Assembly (NCBI RefSeq): GCF_009914755.1
Contig: NC_060948.1
DNA length: 64,000 bases
From: the human T2T-CHM13v2.0 reference genome, Homo sapiens
Strand: one strand, 5' to 3'
Shown: positions 59,801 through 64,000 of the stretch, in pieces
Layout of the letters: each line of letters opens with the position of its first letter
Numbering within the stretch: position 1 is the stretch's first letter
The notes under the pieces: model-generated
The model's input: only the letters and a program-made list of their open reading frames with translations
The model's database searches: none
What the model was told of the DNA's origin: nothing
Made by a program: the position numbers and the translations under genes

Positions 59801-60656
59801 GAGAGACTGTTTGTTGTGATCTCTGTTCTATTATATTTGCTGAGGAGTGTTTTACATCCAATTTTGTGGTCAACTTTAGAAAAAGTGTGATGTGGTGCTG
59901 AGAAGAATGTATATTCTGTTTATTTGGGGTGAAGAGTTTTGTAGATGTCTATTAGGTCTGCTTGGTGCAGTGCTGAATTCAAGTCCTGAATATCCTTGTT
60001 AACCCTCTGTATCACTGATCTCTCTAATATTGTCAGTGGGGTGTTAAAGTCTTCCATTATTATTGTATGAGAGTCTATGTCTCTTTATAGGTCTCTCAGA
60101 ACTTGCTTTATGATTCTGGGTGCTCCTGTATTGGCAGCATATGTATTTAGGATAATTACCTCTTCTTGTTGAATTGATCCCTTTTACCATTGTGTAATGG
60201 CCTTCTTTGTCTCTTTTGATCTTTGTTGGTTTAAAGTCTGATTCATCAGAGACTAGAATTGCAATCCCTGCTTTTTGTTTTGTTTTGTTTTCCATTTGCT
60301 TGGTAGATCTTCTTCCAACCCTTTATTTTGAGCCTATGCGTGTCTCTGGACATGAGATGGGGCTCCATACCCTTTAAACCAATTCTAAGGTTCTTCTCAA
60401 CTTCAAATAGTCCTCCTTTCTTCAACTTCTTTCTTCTTGGAGATTTCAAAGTTTGGCTCTCCATTTGCTTAGTAAATATTCTTCCATCCCTTTATTTGGA
60501 GCCTATGTGTGTCTTTTTATGTGAGATGGGGCTCCTGAATACAGCACACTGATGGGTCTTGACTATCCAATTTGCCAGTCTGTGTCTTTTAATTGGGAAA
60601 TTTAGCCCATTTACATTTAAGGTTAATATTGTTATGCATGAATTTGATCCTGTCAT
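56830..60656 (-). pseudogene. Disrupted L1 ORF2 (endonuclease/reverse transcriptase)
   Basis: Start atgacaggatcaaattca at 60656; fragments [49 protein letters not shown]; multiple frameshifts. Confidence 0.9.
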
Positions 60657-60719
60657 TATGATGTTAGCTGGTTATTTTTCCTGTTAATTGATGCAGTTTC
60701 TTCATAGCATCAATGGTCT

Positions 60720-62097
<1,378 letters not shown>

Positions 62098-63605
62098 TTT
62101 GTGGTTTTGTCTACATTTGGTCTGTGATATTGGTGACCTACACATGGGATTTTGGTGTGGATGTCCTTTTTGTTGATGTTGATGCTATTTCTTTCCATTT
62201 GTTAGTTTTCCTTCTAACAGTCAGGGGCCTCAGCTGCAGGTCTGTTGGTGTTTGCTGGAGGTCCACTCCAGACCCTGTTTGCCTAGGTATCACCAGCAGA
62301 GGCCAAAGAACAGCAAATATTGCAGAACAGCAAATATTTCTGCCTGATCATTCCTCTGGAAGTTTTGTCCCAAAGGGGCACCCATATGTATGAGGTGTCT
62401 GTCAGCCCTACTGGGATTGTCTCTCAGTCAGGCTACATGGGGGTCAGGGACTCACTTGAGGAGGCGGTTTGTCCTTTCTCAGAGCTTGAACACTGTGCTG
62501 GGAGAACTACTGCTCTCTTCAGAGTTGTCAGACAGGGACGTTTCAGTCTGCGGAAGTTGTGTGCTGCCTTTTGTTCAGCTACTCCCTTCCCACAGAGGTG
62601 GAGTCTGGAGAGGCAGTAGACTTTGCTGAGCTGCAGTGGGCTCTGCCCAGTTCAAGCTTCTTGGCCACTTTGTTTACCTACTCAAGCCTCAGCAATTGTG
62701 GATTCCCCTTCCCCCGCCAGGCTACAGTGTCACAGGTCAATCTCAGACTGCTGTGGTATCAGTGAGCAAGGATCCATGGGCGTGGGACCCACCAAGCCAG
62801 GCATGGGAGGGAATCTCCTGGTCTTTCGGTTGCTAAGACCATGGGAAAAGTGCAATATTTGGACAGGGAGTGTACCGTTCCTCCAGGTACAGTCTGTCAC
62901 GGCTTCCTTTGGCTAGGAAAGGGGAAATCCCCCAACGCTTTGCACCTCCCGGGTGAGGCAACACCCGCCCAGCTTTGGCTCACCCTCTGTGGGCTGCACC
63001 CATTGTCCAACCAGTCCCAGTGAGATGAACCAGGTACCTCAGTTGGAAATGCAGAAATCACCCATCTTCTGCGTCAATCTTGCGTGCAGAACAGAGCTGT
63101 TCCTATTCGGCCATCTTGGACGTGACTCCGAGAGATTGTTTACTTAACCTTTTTATGAAGCTAAGTATTTTGACATGATGTGTATATTGACTTGAGACAT
63201 GACTTTTTTTCAAGTCATATTATTCCCTGATTTGGAAGGTTTCAATGTGCATAAAAATATAGATACCCAAATAAGAACTTATTTACTTTTTATTGTATTA
63301 TTTAGAACCTCTGTTATTTTTCCATTCATTGTAACTCTTTGCTCTTATTAGAAATCCTTTGTAGAAATGATTGCTGAAATCTGGTCTTCAAGTAATTTGA
63401 ACATTGAAAAATCATTTAACATTTTACATTCTTAGTTGTGTGTATGAAATAAAGTAATGATAGAAACAACAATGACCTAATGTCTCTGACTTGACAGTTT
63501 TTCAATCACACCTTCTTCATGGTTTGGATGTAGACAAAGGTAAACTCTAGGTCATTGAAATACCACAGATCTGCTCAAAAAAGTAAAAAAATGGCAGCTG
63601 ATTAT

Positions 63606-63630
63606 ACACACACACACACACACACACACA
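63606..63630. repeat. (CA)n microsatellite
   Basis: ~12 AC units. Confidence 0.93.
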
Positions 63631-63939
63631 ACAATCACACAGATCATCTGTCTACTTTAGTGATAATTGCTAACATAACTTATTAAGTTGAAGTAAATAA
63701 AGTTTTGGTAAACTGAATGCTTCAGTTGAAACCACTAGGGGGTCATTACAGAATATAATTTTACCAGAGACCTGGTGGATGTAGTTGGAGTACATCCTAG
63801 TGCTCCTTTTTCAATATGCACCTTCATGCAGATCTTTCAAACCAACTGATTTCACAGACCACCATCAATGGTGACCAATGGAGATCAATACTTGCTAAAT
63901 TTTGGAAATAAAATAGTAATGGAACTTAGAATCTAGCTA

Positions 63940-64000
63940 TATGTATTTGCTAGTGCTGCCATAACAAAGTCCCACAGAATGTGCGACCTAAACAACATTT
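63940..64000 (-). mobile_element. MLT1 LTR end, cut by window edge
   Basis: tttgctagtgctgccataacaaagtcccacagaatgtgcgacctaaacaaca. Confidence 0.75.

Noticed and set aside
62307-62340. agaacagcaaatatt tandem duplication in the L1 5'UTR
   Set aside because: As I recall, this is a normal feature of L1PA 5'UTRs of this age

Overview
This is AT-rich, CpG-depleted primate DNA, almost certainly human, with no credible protein-coding or RNA gene. The recognisable ORFs in the six-frame track are pieces of decayed L1 ORF1/ORF2, Alu, LTR or microsatellite sequence; the rest resemble no protein I know. About half of the window is recognisable transposon. It holds ~19 Alu/FLAM/FRAM copies and many L1 fragments, including one near-full-length ~6.6-kb L1PA and two 5'-inverted L1PA insertions with intact TSDs. 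It also holds a dense set of solo ERV/MaLR LTRs (MER4, MER31, MER41, MER51, LTR6 with a nested LTR14-like LTR, THE1, MLT1), plus MER5/MER20 and L2. Two compound STRs in Alu tails match, from memory, the Y-STR structures DYS593 and DYS544, pointing to a gene-poor part of the male-specific human Y (inference, not a database hit). I do not find a new biological system. The best second-look items are mechanistic. Two independent twin-primed L1s share nearly the same ~1.5-kb internal gap. A 76-bp duplication encloses ~90 bp of non-L1 sequence inside an L1 endonuclease domain. There is also an internally duplicated Alu, two Alus truncated at the same point, and small fold-back palindromes. Subfamily names come from recalled consensus sequences, and boundaries without TSDs are approximate.
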